From a virus (lineage: Duplodnaviria; Caudoviricetes): a stretch of 64,000 nucleotides of DNA. The stretch spans positions 32,001 through 96,000 of the IMG/VR virus record IMGVR_UViG_3300025848_000001, one strand, 5' to 3'. Shown in pieces: positions 50,878 to 60,668 of this stretch; the stretch's first letter is position 1; each line of letters opens with the position of its first letter. A program made the translations under genes and the position numbers. The notes under the pieces are model-generated. The model saw nothing but the letters and a program-made list of their open reading frames with translations. It was not told the DNA's origin and made no database searches.

Positions 50878-51339
50878 TTAATTTAAAAGTGAGGGAACCC
50901 ATTCATCAATTTGCTCTGGCGTAACATTTGGAGACATTGATCTAAACTGATTTTTATCAACTAAAAACTTTGTAAAGTTCCACGGAACTGCATCAAAATC
51001 AGCTTTAGAAACTAAATATTTAAATAAAGGATGAGCATTTTCTCCATTTACATCAATTTTTTCTGAAATAATAAAATCTACGCCATACCTAGTCTCGCAA
51101 AAATTTTTAATTTCTTCGTTAGATCCTGGCTCCTGATTACCAAATTGATTACAAGGAAATCCTATCACTACTAGACCCTTGTCTGCATATTTTTTATGAA
51201 GTTCCTGTAGCCCCTTATACTGTTCAGTAAAACCGCAGTTACTGGCTACATTAACAATTAAAAGTAAATTGTCTTTAAATTTTGATAATTCTATTAAATT
51301 ACCTTTATTATCCGTAAAGCTATAATCATATATTGACAT
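50878..51339 (-). CDS. Glutathione peroxidase family (Cys type)
   Basis: NVASNCGFT, GFPCNQFG.QEPG, WNFTKFLVD. Confidence 0.92.
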   Translation of the reverse strand: MSIYDYSFTDNKGNLIELSKFKDNLLLIVNVASNCGFTEQYKGLQELHKKYADKGLVVIGFPCNQFGNQEPGSNEEIKNFCETRYGVDFIISEKIDVNGENAHPLFKYLVSKADFDAVPWNFTKFLVDKNQFRSMSPNVTPEQIDEWVPSLLN

Positions 51340-51415
51340 TTTGATTCCTTATTATAAAAACAAATATAAAAAATATTTGCCTGTGCTATATAATACTATA
51401 TTATATAGCCAATTG

Positions 51416-51955
51416 TCAAGGTTTAAAAACAAACTTTTGAATTACTATTCTTTCTCCAGATATATACTCCATGACTTCGTGCATTTCTTCTGATGGAAAA
51501 ATTACAAGAGTCCCATCTTTAGGAGTAATTTTAAGATTTAAATCTGGGAACACTAAGTCCCCGCCTTCACAATTATGTGCAAGATAAAATATTGCAGTAA
51601 GCATTGGCTGGGGATGATCTATTAATTCTAAAGAAACATCCTGAATGTGATCATTATGAAGTTCCATACCTCTACCAGGAACAGTCCAGCCTATTAAAAT
51701 CCATTCCGAAAAATGATATTCTTTTTTATCTAAATTAAAATTTTTTATATACTCTTCTAGGTACGGGTTAAATAAATTATCTAAATCTAATGTTGATGGC
51801 ATTGATTTATCCATTACCATTCTATAACCAGTGTGATGCTCTACTAAATCATATTTTCTTTTTTCGTATTCTTGCAAAATATTAATTTTTAAATCTGTGA
51901 TATTTTTTGCAGTATTATCCCACACCATTACCCTGTTTAAATTATTTTGTATCAA
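51416..51955 (-). CDS. 2OG-Fe(II) oxygenase
   Basis: HND...EGGDL.FP...HEV...GER. Confidence 0.82.
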   Translation of the reverse strand: MIQNNLNRVMVWDNTAKNITDLKINILQEYEKRKYDLVEHHTGYRMVMDKSMPSTLDLDNLFNPYLEEYIKNFNLDKKEYHFSEWILIGWTVPGRGMELHNDHIQDVSLELIDHPQPMLTAIFYLAHNCEGGDLVFPDLNLKITPKDGTLVIFPSEEMHEVMEYISGERIVIQKFVFKP

Positions 51956-52619
51956 GATTTAAAACCTGCCTAGCTTTAAGTTCAAATAAATCAAAAAGCT
52001 TTTTACTATACTCTTGCTTTAAGCCGTCTACTGGATGTGGCGCCAGGTTGTGAGTCATGCTTGGGGTTAATTCCCTAACACCTAAACATTCTAAAATTTC
52101 TTTTTGAGTAATTAAAATTTCTATATTGTTACTATCACATAGTTCATAAAGTTTATTTAAAAATTTCTTATTTTGTTCCAATCTTTCTTCATGTGTATAA
52201 TATGGGCTAATGCCCTCATATTTTAAAATCATTTCTGTAAATTGAGGTAAAGGTTCTATAATGTATATTTTTGAATTTTTAAAATAAGATTTCAATTGAT
52301 TAATATATTTTTCAACAACAAGCTCTGCATTATTATATTTTGTTAAATGAGTTCTTATATCTACATATCCAAACCAAGAAAATACTATGGAATCGTCTTT
52401 TATTTCATTAAAACCAATTTGTCCATCGCCTTCAAAATCTCTAATTTCTTTTCCAGAAGACATTTCGTTTTCATTTTTCATACTTTCAAAATCTATATCC
52501 CATATTTTTTTTGCTGCTTTGCCCCAAAATAAAATATCTAACTGGCTTTCTTCCTTTACGTAATGTTCTTGAACTCTAGAAAGGTGACAATCCCCGATCA
52601 TATAAATTTTATTTTGCAT
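51942..52619 (-). CDS. SGNH-like hypothetical protein
   Basis: IYMIGDCH, FGYVDIR.HL pattern; start probably MQNK. Confidence 0.5.
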   Translation of the reverse strand: MQNKIYMIGDCHLSRVQEHYVKEESQLDILFWGKAAKKIWDIDFESMKNENEMSSGKEIRDFEGDGQIGFNEIKDDSIVFSWFGYVDIRTHLTKYNNAELVVEKYINQLKSYFKNSKIYIIEPLPQFTEMILKYEGISPYYTHEERLEQNKKFLNKLYELCDSNNIEILITQKEILECLGVRELTPSMTHNLAPHPVDGLKQEYSKKLFDLFELKARQVLNLDTK

Positions 52620-53271
52620 TATCCCAAATCCTTTCTGATTCAAAACCTTCAAATTCATATTCTTTTTCTTTTACTGACCATAAAATTATAGCATATTTTA
52701 CACCGCTATTTATTTTTTTGCCTCCGTGCCACTGATCTGCTGGGAATACAATTGCATCAAAACTTTTAGGCTTAAAGACAAAACCATTATTTATATCTGA
52801 ATATAAATAAAAGTTTGAATCATATGCTGAAGAAATAAATTCTTTTTTATTAAAATTATTAACAAATGTAACTTCTCCGCCAGAGTAATCTTCATTTAAA
52901 TATATAACGCAACTCCAATTTAGAGATGCAAATGAATTATGTATATCTTGATGCATTCTTAACTGTATACCTTCAGATAATTTTGTTATAGAAACTCCAT
53001 AAAAATATAAATTTTCTTTTAAATTATATTCATCATTTAAAAACTTAATAAATTTTTTTGAATATTTATTAATAACGTTTTCTAAATCTTTAAATAAATT
53101 TGGAGCTTTTTCGTCTGGGAAAACTGCCCTTAATGCAATTCCCTCATTAAAAGCAACACCAATTCTTTTTCTAAAAAGATTATCTTTATGTGAATTTTTA
53201 TCTATCCAGTCAATTAAAAAAATAGCATCTTCTTCTTCTATAAAGTTGTTAATTATTTTTATTTTATCCAT
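52609..53271 (-). CDS. 2OG-Fe(II) oxygenase
   Basis: HQD...YLNEDYSGGE...WHG...GVKY. Confidence 0.85.
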   Translation of the reverse strand: MDKIKIINNFIEEEDAIFLIDWIDKNSHKDNLFRKRIGVAFNEGIALRAVFPDEKAPNLFKDLENVINKYSKKFIKFLNDEYNLKENLYFYGVSITKLSEGIQLRMHQDIHNSFASLNWSCVIYLNEDYSGGEVTFVNNFNKKEFISSAYDSNFYLYSDINNGFVFKPKSFDAIVFPADQWHGGKKINSGVKYAIILWSVKEKEYEFEGFESERIWDNAK

Positions 53272-54490
53272 TTTTGTACCTTTTAGAATTTAAATATTTT
53301 TCTGGATCACTTTTAATTGGACTATCGACACCAAAAATATCGTATTTTTTTTCTTTTGAAGCCCACATAGGCAACGCATATCTTATTCCATCAGTTACTG
53401 GAGTAATCATATGATAATAATTTGATGGAAATATTACAGCAGAATATTTTTTAGGCTTATAAGTTAAATCAAAATCTTTAAATTTTAAATATCCACCAGT
53501 AAAATCATCATTTAGGTACACTACAGCACTTCTGTAAAGATGTTCAGCTCCAATGTGATTATCTGCATGGTAGGGCAAGCGTGTATCTTTTCCTAACATT
53601 GTCATCCAAAAAGCACTTGGGTACAATATATCATCTTTAAAAAAATTTTTAAAATTTAATATCATTTTTGAAGTGTATTTTTTTATTAACTCTATTTGCT
53701 CAGAATGATTTGATAATGGTACGGTTTCTGGTATATTAGCCTCGTGTCTAACTCTCTTAAACTCTACCTCTCCACGAGTTAATGGAAATTTTTCTTTATT
53801 AGAACTATTTTTAAATATGTAATTAATAAAATTTTCTGCATCTTCTTCTTCTATAAAATTTTCTATCATATAAATTTTAGAATTTTCAGGAAGATTATTA
53901 TAAGTTTTGAATGAATATTCTGGGATAATATCAATTAATAAATGAACCCTATCTTGTTTACTATTATTTAAAACAGAATGTGGTTTAAAATTGTTTATCT
54001 CCCAACATTCTCCCTGTTTCATATTAATTTTTTCATCGTTAACTATATAAAATACATTTTCATTTGTTATTATTGGTATATGATATCTTCTTACAGTTGA
54101 TAAATATTCTCCGCCGTCAACGTGTGTTGCAACATCACTTTCAGAATTAAGTTTTATTAATAAAATTCTAGCTGCTTTGCCAACATTAAAATCTTCTAAA
54201 TCTTTAACTATATCATCTATCATTTTTAATAAAAACATATCCTTGACAACAGGGGAAGGGCTAGAACCAAATTTCCAGTCTAAAGGGTGATCTTGTATAA
54301 CATATGTATTTGTATATAAATGAGGATTACGCCTATCGTCGTACTTAACATTTTGCCTAGATGTATCTATTTCCCATTCTTTTGTAAAAAGAACAACATG
54401 ATCATGTATATTTTTTACTTCGTATTTTTTAAACATTTTAAAATTAAATGCTTCTAATTCTTTTTTAGGAACAATATCTCTTCTCATCAC
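53264..54490 (-). CDS. Fusion of an Asp/Asn beta-hydroxylase-like and a P4H-like oxygenase
   Basis: N: HVD..RYHIPIITN..GECWEINN..HSV.N..DRVHL; C: HAD..YLNDDFTGG..H..PV..GIRY. Confidence 0.85.
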   Translation of the reverse strand: MMRRDIVPKKELEAFNFKMFKKYEVKNIHDHVVLFTKEWEIDTSRQNVKYDDRRNPHLYTNTYVIQDHPLDWKFGSSPSPVVKDMFLLKMIDDIVKDLEDFNVGKAARILLIKLNSESDVATHVDGGEYLSTVRRYHIPIITNENVFYIVNDEKINMKQGECWEINNFKPHSVLNNSKQDRVHLLIDIIPEYSFKTYNNLPENSKIYMIENFIEEEDAENFINYIFKNSSNKEKFPLTRGEVEFKRVRHEANIPETVPLSNHSEQIELIKKYTSKMILNFKNFFKDDILYPSAFWMTMLGKDTRLPYHADNHIGAEHLYRSAVVYLNDDFTGGYLKFKDFDLTYKPKKYSAVIFPSNYYHMITPVTDGIRYALPMWASKEKKYDIFGVDSPIKSDPEKYLNSKRYKNG

Positions 54491-55290
54491 TGGCCTTCTT
54501 TATTTTTAATATAATTATAAATTTCAATATCTATTTTATTTAAATCATTAAATTTATTAATCTCTTCAACATTTAAAGATTTAATTAAATCAAAATGAGA
54601 TGATATTTGGTTATCAAAATTATATGTTGTAACATTAACTTTATCATTAAAATTAAATTTAATTTCTTTATTATGATTTTCTAAAAACCATTTTTTTATA
54701 TTATCGCAAAATAAATTTATGTTATCAAGGGTATTTACTATTTTAAAACTATCTATTTGTTCTTTAGCATTTTCAATTGAAGTATTGCTGTTGTCCACAA
54801 ACCAATCAAACCCTTGTCCATCAAAATATTTTTTCATTAATTTAGGTCCGCTATTTTCAAAAAATTTTTTTAAATCCCAAGAATCTTTATCAGCTGGATT
54901 ACATATAAATCTTGATTGATAATTATTATGTATTAAAAAATTTTTATCTTGGAAAAGGTAATAAACAAACTTTTCTTTTACGTCTTTAATACTTTTATAT
55001 TCTTCTCTTTCTTTTAAATATAACGGGTATATAAAAGTAAAATAGCTTGACCTTGCCTCTATTGGATTTCTTAATATTGTTGCTACATCTAAATCTTCTA
55101 CTTCATTCAACACAAAAGTTCCAGCGTGAGCAGATATATATATTTTATTTTTTAAAAAATTTTTATTATTTGGATAATGTGTACTTATGTAAGATAAAGA
55201 ATCATCATCTAAACTTTTTTTTATATTAGCAGAAATAAATTTACCAGCAGTTTTTGGTATATGTAAAAAATATAAAGTTTTATTTTTCAT
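54487..55290 (-). CDS. Sulfotransferase family protein
   Basis: YFLHIPKTAG, TILRNP..R..S, NYQSRF, NKIDIEIY. Confidence 0.8.
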   Translation of the reverse strand: MKNKTLYFLHIPKTAGKFISANIKKSLDDDSLSYISTHYPNNKNFLKNKIYISAHAGTFVLNEVEDLDVATILRNPIEARSSYFTFIYPLYLKEREEYKSIKDVKEKFVYYLFQDKNFLIHNNYQSRFICNPADKDSWDLKKFFENSGPKLMKKYFDGQGFDWFVDNSNTSIENAKEQIDSFKIVNTLDNINLFCDNIKKWFLENHNKEIKFNFNDKVNVTTYNFDNQISSHFDLIKSLNVEEINKFNDLNKIDIEIYNYIKNKEGQ

Positions 55291-55520
55291 AAACTTCTCT
55301 ACCTTTAATTTTTTTCCATTGTCCTATTTTGCCAATAAAAACTTTTTTTCTTAAAATTTCTGCAAAAGTTTGATGCGGTTCTGAAGCTCCAATATACTCT
55401 TGCCCAGTTTCCATATCTATTATCTTCCATTTAGAAGGGGCTTTAGTATGTATGATTAGGTCTATTGGGTGATCAAAATCTTCTACCTCTGAACCATCAA
55501 GGAGTTTTCTAAATTTAATT

Positions 55521-56372
55521 TTAAAATCCTAAATCTTCTACTTTATCTACTTGACTATCAATAGAATTTATTACATCTATGTCTAAATCTGTTGAACTAC
55601 TTTTTGTTTGACACATCTTTCTTAGGATGATTAGGCTTATAATCATCTAGAACAGCTTTTACTGTTCCGTCTTTTCTAAGCCTAACTATCTTGCCATCTT
55701 TAATTTGAGTAGCATTAAAAGGAAAACTTGCTCTACGTTGTCCAGAAGACATTATACTTTTTTTCTTCCAACTCTTTTAGGTTGTAAAACAGTTTCTCTT
55801 CGTATGCCGTGTTTATTTCTATCTATTTTTATAGCAGGTTTAAACTTGCCCTGATTAGGGTGTTTTTTTGTAGCACTTCCTGATGTTACTGTATTTTGTT
55901 CTGACATTATCTGCCTTTAACAGAATCAGAAGTTACAACATTGCGATCAGCGGCAGATTCATATTGAGTTTCTTCTACCCCTTCGCATCCACATTCTTTA
56001 CACATTAATCTGGGTCCTCTATACCTTCTCGCATTTCGTGAACTGGATCTTCTTCAATAAATTCTTCTCTTTGTCCACGTGTTGCAGTCATGTCAAGAGT
56101 CAATCCTGCATTGCCTTGACTTGTCATATCTATTAAAGATACTGGAGTTACGCCTACTGGGCTACCAACATTATTGCAACCGCATTCGACGCACATTATT
56201 ACTTACCGCCTTGTCCTACACCAGAACTGTCCTGTGTAGATTTATCTTCTGCTGCTGGCCAAGAAAGACCTGCACCAAATGATCCACCAGACGCTGGGGA
56301 CTGTGACGCTGCAGGCCACGGAGTGGTTCCTGCTGGCTTAGTATTATTAAAGCCGTCTAAATTTTCTGACAT
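55521..56372 (-). CDS. Chain of six tightly coupled micro-ORFs (56199-56372, 56005-56196, 55907-56005, 55752-55907, 55597-55752, 55521-55616)
   Basis: Three TAATG stop-start overlaps; two ORFs begin MCxECGC. Confidence 0.6.
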
Positions 56373-56564
56373 TATATTTCTCCTATAGGTTGTATTTAAG
56401 CGGGTCTAGAAGTCCGCTCATCTTTATATTATATCATTTTTTGTATATCGTGTTATAGCAGTCTCTACAGACTTGAATAATCTTTGTTTCTGTAGAAGTC
56501 ATATTTGTAGCTTTTTGACCGCAGCCAGGAATATCGCATATTTCTAAAATATCCACTAGACCCC

Positions 56565-57350
56565 CTATCTTTCAGACATCTTTTTAACAAATTCATGAAC
56601 ACGCTCAACCTCTGGGTCAAAAGGCATCCCAGTAATCATTAAATCTGTTACGCCCATCTTTTTTAACTCTTCAATTTTTTTAATTAAAGTTTCTTCAGAA
56701 TAGTAATAACACCATTTTGATCTTCCGTCTTTATAAAGATTATTTTTTATATTTTCAGCCTCTTCATCAGTATCTCGTATACAAATTTGTAAACTGACAC
56801 ATTTTTTATCAAATTTTGAAAAGAAATTAATATTTTCTAAAAAATAATCTACCATAACCATGCAGATGCCATTAAATTTTTCACAATAGCTAAAAGTTTT
56901 TTCAGATGTTCCGCTCATAAACATTTCAGGTAAATTATTTTTTATAATATCTATGTTAGTAAATTTTTCTAACCATTTCCCAGTATACTTTACTCTGTCT
57001 TGAGAAGATAATAAATAAGATGAATCTACTAAATCCTCTATGCTGGTTTCATCTTTATGAATATCACCAGATACTATATTGAAAATTAATTTATTATTTG
57101 ATATTTCATTAAATCCATTTATTATCATGGCAAGATATTCTGGGCTTATGGCGTAAGTTCTCATTGCAACAGTATATTTTAAATTTATTTCAGGGTCTAT
57201 TGCATGAGCCAATTTAATTAACATATCATTTTTTTTAGAATGATATGTTAGCATACAAGAATAATAACCATAATCATTTAATTCTTTAAAAACTTTTTTT
57301 AAAGAATTTGGATCATTGTTTTCATGCCTTATCATCCAATGATATTTCAT
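56565..57350 (-). CDS. Luciferase-like (LLM) flavin monooxygenase, SsuD-like
   Basis: LKYTVAMR.YAISP.YLA......IS..KL.FNIVSG; MSGTS; GVTDL. Confidence 0.7.
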   Translation of the reverse strand: MKYHWMIRHENNDPNSLKKVFKELNDYGYYSCMLTYHSKKNDMLIKLAHAIDPEINLKYTVAMRTYAISPEYLAMIINGFNEISNNKLIFNIVSGDIHKDETSIEDLVDSSYLLSSQDRVKYTGKWLEKFTNIDIIKNNLPEMFMSGTSEKTFSYCEKFNGICMVMVDYFLENINFFSKFDKKCVSLQICIRDTDEEAENIKNNLYKDGRSKWCYYYSEETLIKKIEELKKMGVTDLMITGMPFDPEVERVHEFVKKMSER

Positions 57351-57357
57351 TAGCTTA

Positions 57358-57984
57358 CTATAAAATACCTTGAGGAGACGGATATTTTCTAAATAAATAT
57401 CCGTTTGTAATATATCTCATACCACTTTTAACAAGTAAAACTTCATGCTCTGTTCCATCTGGGAATATAATTACAGAGCCAGCTTCGGGCTTAATGCTTA
57501 CATTATCGTCTTTAAATTTTAATTCTCCACCATCATAATCTTCATTTAAATAAAATAATGCTGTATATCCCCCACCATTTAAAGATAAAATGCCGTCGGA
57601 GTGAGAGCTCATTGTAGAACCTGGCAAATATCTTCTTATATTTAAAACACAATTAGAGTAATCCCATCTTGAGGCTACTGGATTTATATCAAGATTTTCC
57701 ATTGATATTTGTTCATTATTATGAATTAAATAATGTTTAATACAATCAATAAATACATTTAATATTTTTTCATATAAATCAACATTTGGCTTAAGACAAA
57801 AAACTTCACCTATTACTGAACTTTCTGCTTTAGTGCCATCTGGATTATATTCATTTGTATAATTATGCCAGTAAAAGTCAACAGATGAATTAGACAAATC
57901 CTCTATTTCTTTTAAAAAAATTTCTGTATTTATTTTTTTATTTTTATAATACCAAATTTTTTCTGTTAACTTAACAACTTCCAT
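57358..57984 (-). CDS. 2OG-Fe(II) oxygenase
   Basis: HSD...YLNEDYDGGE...HEV..VKSGMRY. Confidence 0.88.
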   Translation of the reverse strand: MEVVKLTEKIWYYKNKKINTEIFLKEIEDLSNSSVDFYWHNYTNEYNPDGTKAESSVIGEVFCLKPNVDLYEKILNVFIDCIKHYLIHNNEQISMENLDINPVASRWDYSNCVLNIRRYLPGSTMSSHSDGILSLNGGGYTALFYLNEDYDGGELKFKDDNVSIKPEAGSVIIFPDGTEHEVLLVKSGMRYITNGYLFRKYPSPQGIL

Positions 57985-57987
57985 AAT

Positions 57988-58260
57988 TTATAGTGCTTGT
58001 TGAGGCTTTCCTGATCCGCCAGACTTCTTGGCTGGTGCCTTCTTGGCTGGTGCCTTCTTGGCTGGTGCCTTCTTAGCTGGTGCCTTCTTGGCTGGTGCCT
58101 TCTTGGCTGGTGCCTTCTTAGCTGGTGCCTTCTTGGCTGGTGCCTTCTTATTTTCTTCCATATTTGTTTCCCCTAATCTTTTTGTTAAAATTTTTTCAAT
58201 TTCCTTTTGGTATTCTGTAGCCAAAGGGAACCCGAACCACTTTTTTAATTTATTTAACAT
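57988..58260 (-). CDS. Histone H1/HupB-tail-like basic protein
   Basis: Eight tandem KKAPA units encoded by 15-nt repeats. Confidence 0.8.
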   Translation of the reverse strand: MLNKLKKWFGFPLATEYQKEIEKILTKRLGETNMEENKKAPAKKAPAKKAPAKKAPAKKAPAKKAPAKKAPAKKAPAKKSGGSGKPQQAL

Positions 58261-58432
58261 GCTTTTTCTTTCTCTTCTAACTTTCTAATAATAAACCCAA
58301 GAACTTCTCTTGGTCTCCACTCAGGTGGAAATTCTAAATTTTCTAATTCATTTATCAATTCACTTAATACTTTTTGTTTTATTATGTGAAAATGATCCCA
58401 TTCCATATTATTTAATTCTATCATATTTAAAG

Positions 58433-58462
58433 TAATGGGGCGATATCTCTACCGCCCCATTA
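58433..58462 (-). terminator. Terminator
   Basis: TAATGGGGCG...CGCCCCATTA. Confidence 0.7.
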
Positions 58463-58471
58463 ATAATTAGA

Positions 58472-59632
58472 TTACTTTACTAAAGCAACCTTGGCTTTTG
58501 GATTAGCCTTGTTCCACTTTGCAGCGAGAGCATTGAATGCCTTCTTCATTGCTGCAAGTGCAGCATCATTATCTGCCTTAACCTTTGCAAGTTCTGCAGC
58601 ATGTGCAGCAGTAGCATCTGCAAGAGCTTTGTCAGCAGCGACCTTAGCAGTTACTGCTTCAGCCTTAAGCTTAGCAACTTCTGCATTAACTGTTACGAGA
58701 TCAGCAGCAGCCTTTAAAGCAGCAGCATCAGCAACAGCCTTTGCGGTTGCAGCAGCAGTTGCAGCAGCAGTCTTATCTGCTTCACGAGCAGCCTTTTCTG
58801 CAGCAAGTGCATCCTGTGCAGACTTTAGTTCTGCAGCGAGATCACGAATTGCAATTTCTACAAATGGATTAACACTTGGAGCGGTTAGTCCAGTTACGGT
58901 GCTTGCACCATCAGTAGAGGTTGTAAGTGTAACTGCTATCAAAGACTTGGTAAATCCTGTTGCTGGTAGTGTTACCTTAAATGTTGCTGTTCCGAAATCA
59001 GCAAGTGTTGCTCCTGTTGTGGCAGTAGCAGAATCAAGCGTTCCGCTTGAAGCCCAAACGCTTGCAGTAAGTCCCTTTCCAGAAACCTTATTGCCAAATA
59101 CGTCTGTTGCCGTTACAACGATGTCCTGCTTAGTTCCAGCAGCACCTGTTGCAGGGGCGGAAACAGAAAGAGTATTAATCTTTCCTGCTGTGCCCTGTAC
59201 ATAATATGTTAATGTTGTTCCTTGGTTAGTAATTACTACTGAACCAATTGCTGTCGTTTTAGTATATACATAAAACGTTGCGGTTGTTCCTGTGCCTGTA
59301 GCAATTGTCAAAGATGAAGATCCTGACGATGCTGATACTGGGGCAGCAGATGTATGTAATGCAGAAACAATTGTTGCATTTGTTGCTACGACAGAAACTG
59401 ATGTTCCTGTATCAACTGTTGCGACAAACTTTAGTGCATCTGTTGCATCCACTGTGTTATCAGCAGGTACTGGCAATGAAGCTGGTGTAGCAATAGCGGA
59501 TGCTGTTGTATTAGCAGTTCCGTTAAGGTCTACAGCGACTGTCATTACAGCAGCACTTGCAGGTGTTGCTACGATTGTTGCGGTAGTCATGGCTGCAACC
59601 ATGGCTAGAGCGATTTTCTTAAATGATTTCAT
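58472..59632 (-). CDS. Secreted Ala/Thr-rich surface protein with coiled-coil C-terminus
   Basis: Sec signal MKSFKKIALAMVAA..PASA; Ig-like middle; FNALAAKWNKANPKAKV end. Confidence 0.75.
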   Translation of the reverse strand: MKSFKKIALAMVAAMTTATIVATPASAAVMTVAVDLNGTANTTASAIATPASLPVPADNTVDATDALKFVATVDTGTSVSVVATNATIVSALHTSAAPVSASSGSSSLTIATGTGTTATFYVYTKTTAIGSVVITNQGTTLTYYVQGTAGKINTLSVSAPATGAAGTKQDIVVTATDVFGNKVSGKGLTASVWASSGTLDSATATTGATLADFGTATFKVTLPATGFTKSLIAVTLTTSTDGASTVTGLTAPSVNPFVEIAIRDLAAELKSAQDALAAEKAAREADKTAAATAAATAKAVADAAALKAAADLVTVNAEVAKLKAEAVTAKVAADKALADATAAHAAELAKVKADNDAALAAMKKAFNALAAKWNKANPKAKVALVK

Positions 59633-59843
59633 TTAATTTATTTCTCCTTATATACTCTGATTCTATATTGTGAATCAGAATTCTATTCTAATTCCCATAT
59701 TCTTACATGAAAAGAACATGGATCTTCGCCATCTTCCCATTGCTGGGACTCTTCTTCAGTTATCGGCGGACCTTCATGGGTATTGCAAAATACATCTGAT
59801 ATCCAACCATTATCATAACCAAACTTAATCCATTCATCAAATT

Positions 59844-60146
59844 CTAAATCCATTCTTTTACTTCTTCCATCATTATGTGTTTAGGTTTTGCTCCAACAAT
59901 TCGCTTAACTGGCTTTCCATCTTTAAACAGAATAGTTGTAGGAATACTAGTAACTTCATACTCCATGGGCTTAATAGGTTCATTATCAACATTAATTTTC
60001 CCCAACCATATTCCAGTTTCTTGAGAAACTTCTTCTATAATAGGAGAAAACATTTTGCATGGCCTGCACCATTCCGCCCAAAAATCTATCATAATTAATT
60101 TATGAGAGTTAATCATAGTGTCAAAATTTTCGTCAGTAACTATCAT
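59844..60146 (-). CDS. trxA: Thioredoxin
   Basis: DFWAEWCRPCK, SIPT..LFKDG..V..IVGAKPK. Confidence 0.92.
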   Translation of the reverse strand: MIVTDENFDTMINSHKLIMIDFWAEWCRPCKMFSPIIEEVSQETGIWLGKINVDNEPIKPMEYEVTSIPTTILFKDGKPVKRIVGAKPKHIMMEEVKEWI

Positions 60147-60613
60147 TATGCCTCCACATGAGTAGGCCAATAATAACTACATGACACGCAGCAAGTATAT
60201 CCTAGTTCCCTAAAATCCGCAAACTCAGAATAGAAGTAGTAGCTATCTGGATCTTTTTCATACAATCTACCTCTGTGTGAGTAATGAACACGCTCATCTC
60301 CGAGCCACCAAGGTGAGTCTGACTCTACACCCCAAAAGTTATCTTGATATATTTGATCAAATTGAACACGAGTACTATTTTTATAACCACGCATTAGTAT
60401 TTCTTTAATAATTGATTCGTTATACTGAAAAAGCCAATCTTCATGGCCAGCCCACATTTTTATGGCGGGGTGGTTTTTCCATGCGCCTGAAGTATATAGT
60501 CCAGCCAACGATTTTAGCACCTGTAGATTTTCTACGCTTTGTTTAATTAAACGCTTACGATCAAGATGCTTTGCAGTTTTGTCAAAATCACGATGTGGTA
60601 AAAAAGTTTGCAT
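60146..60613 (-). CDS. Pyrimidine-dimer DNA glycosylase-like (MSMEG_6728 family)
   Basis: MQTFLP...LD.KRL.KQ.VE..Q, W.NHPA..MW.G, PWWLG...HYSHR..L..KDP..Y. Confidence 0.85.
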   Translation of the reverse strand: MQTFLPHRDFDKTAKHLDRKRLIKQSVENLQVLKSLAGLYTSGAWKNHPAIKMWAGHEDWLFQYNESIIKEILMRGYKNSTRVQFDQIYQDNFWGVESDSPWWLGDERVHYSHRGRLYEKDPDSYYFYSEFADFRELGYTCCVSCSYYWPTHVEA

Positions 60614-60634
60614 ATCCGTATATTCTACTAAATA

Positions 60635-60660
60635 AGCAGGGGGTTGGTCAACCCCCTGCT
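60635..60660 (-). terminator. Hairpin/terminator
   Basis: AGCAGGGGGTTG-gt-CAACCCCCTGCT. Confidence 0.7.
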
Positions 60661-60668
60661 GTTATTAA

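Noticed and set aside
50878-51339. Selenocysteine GPx
   Set aside because: The active site is a Cys codon; there is no in-frame TGA
58028-59636. Plus-strand AGAFL and Ala-rich ORFs
   Set aside because: Antisense shadows of the KKAPA and surface-protein genes
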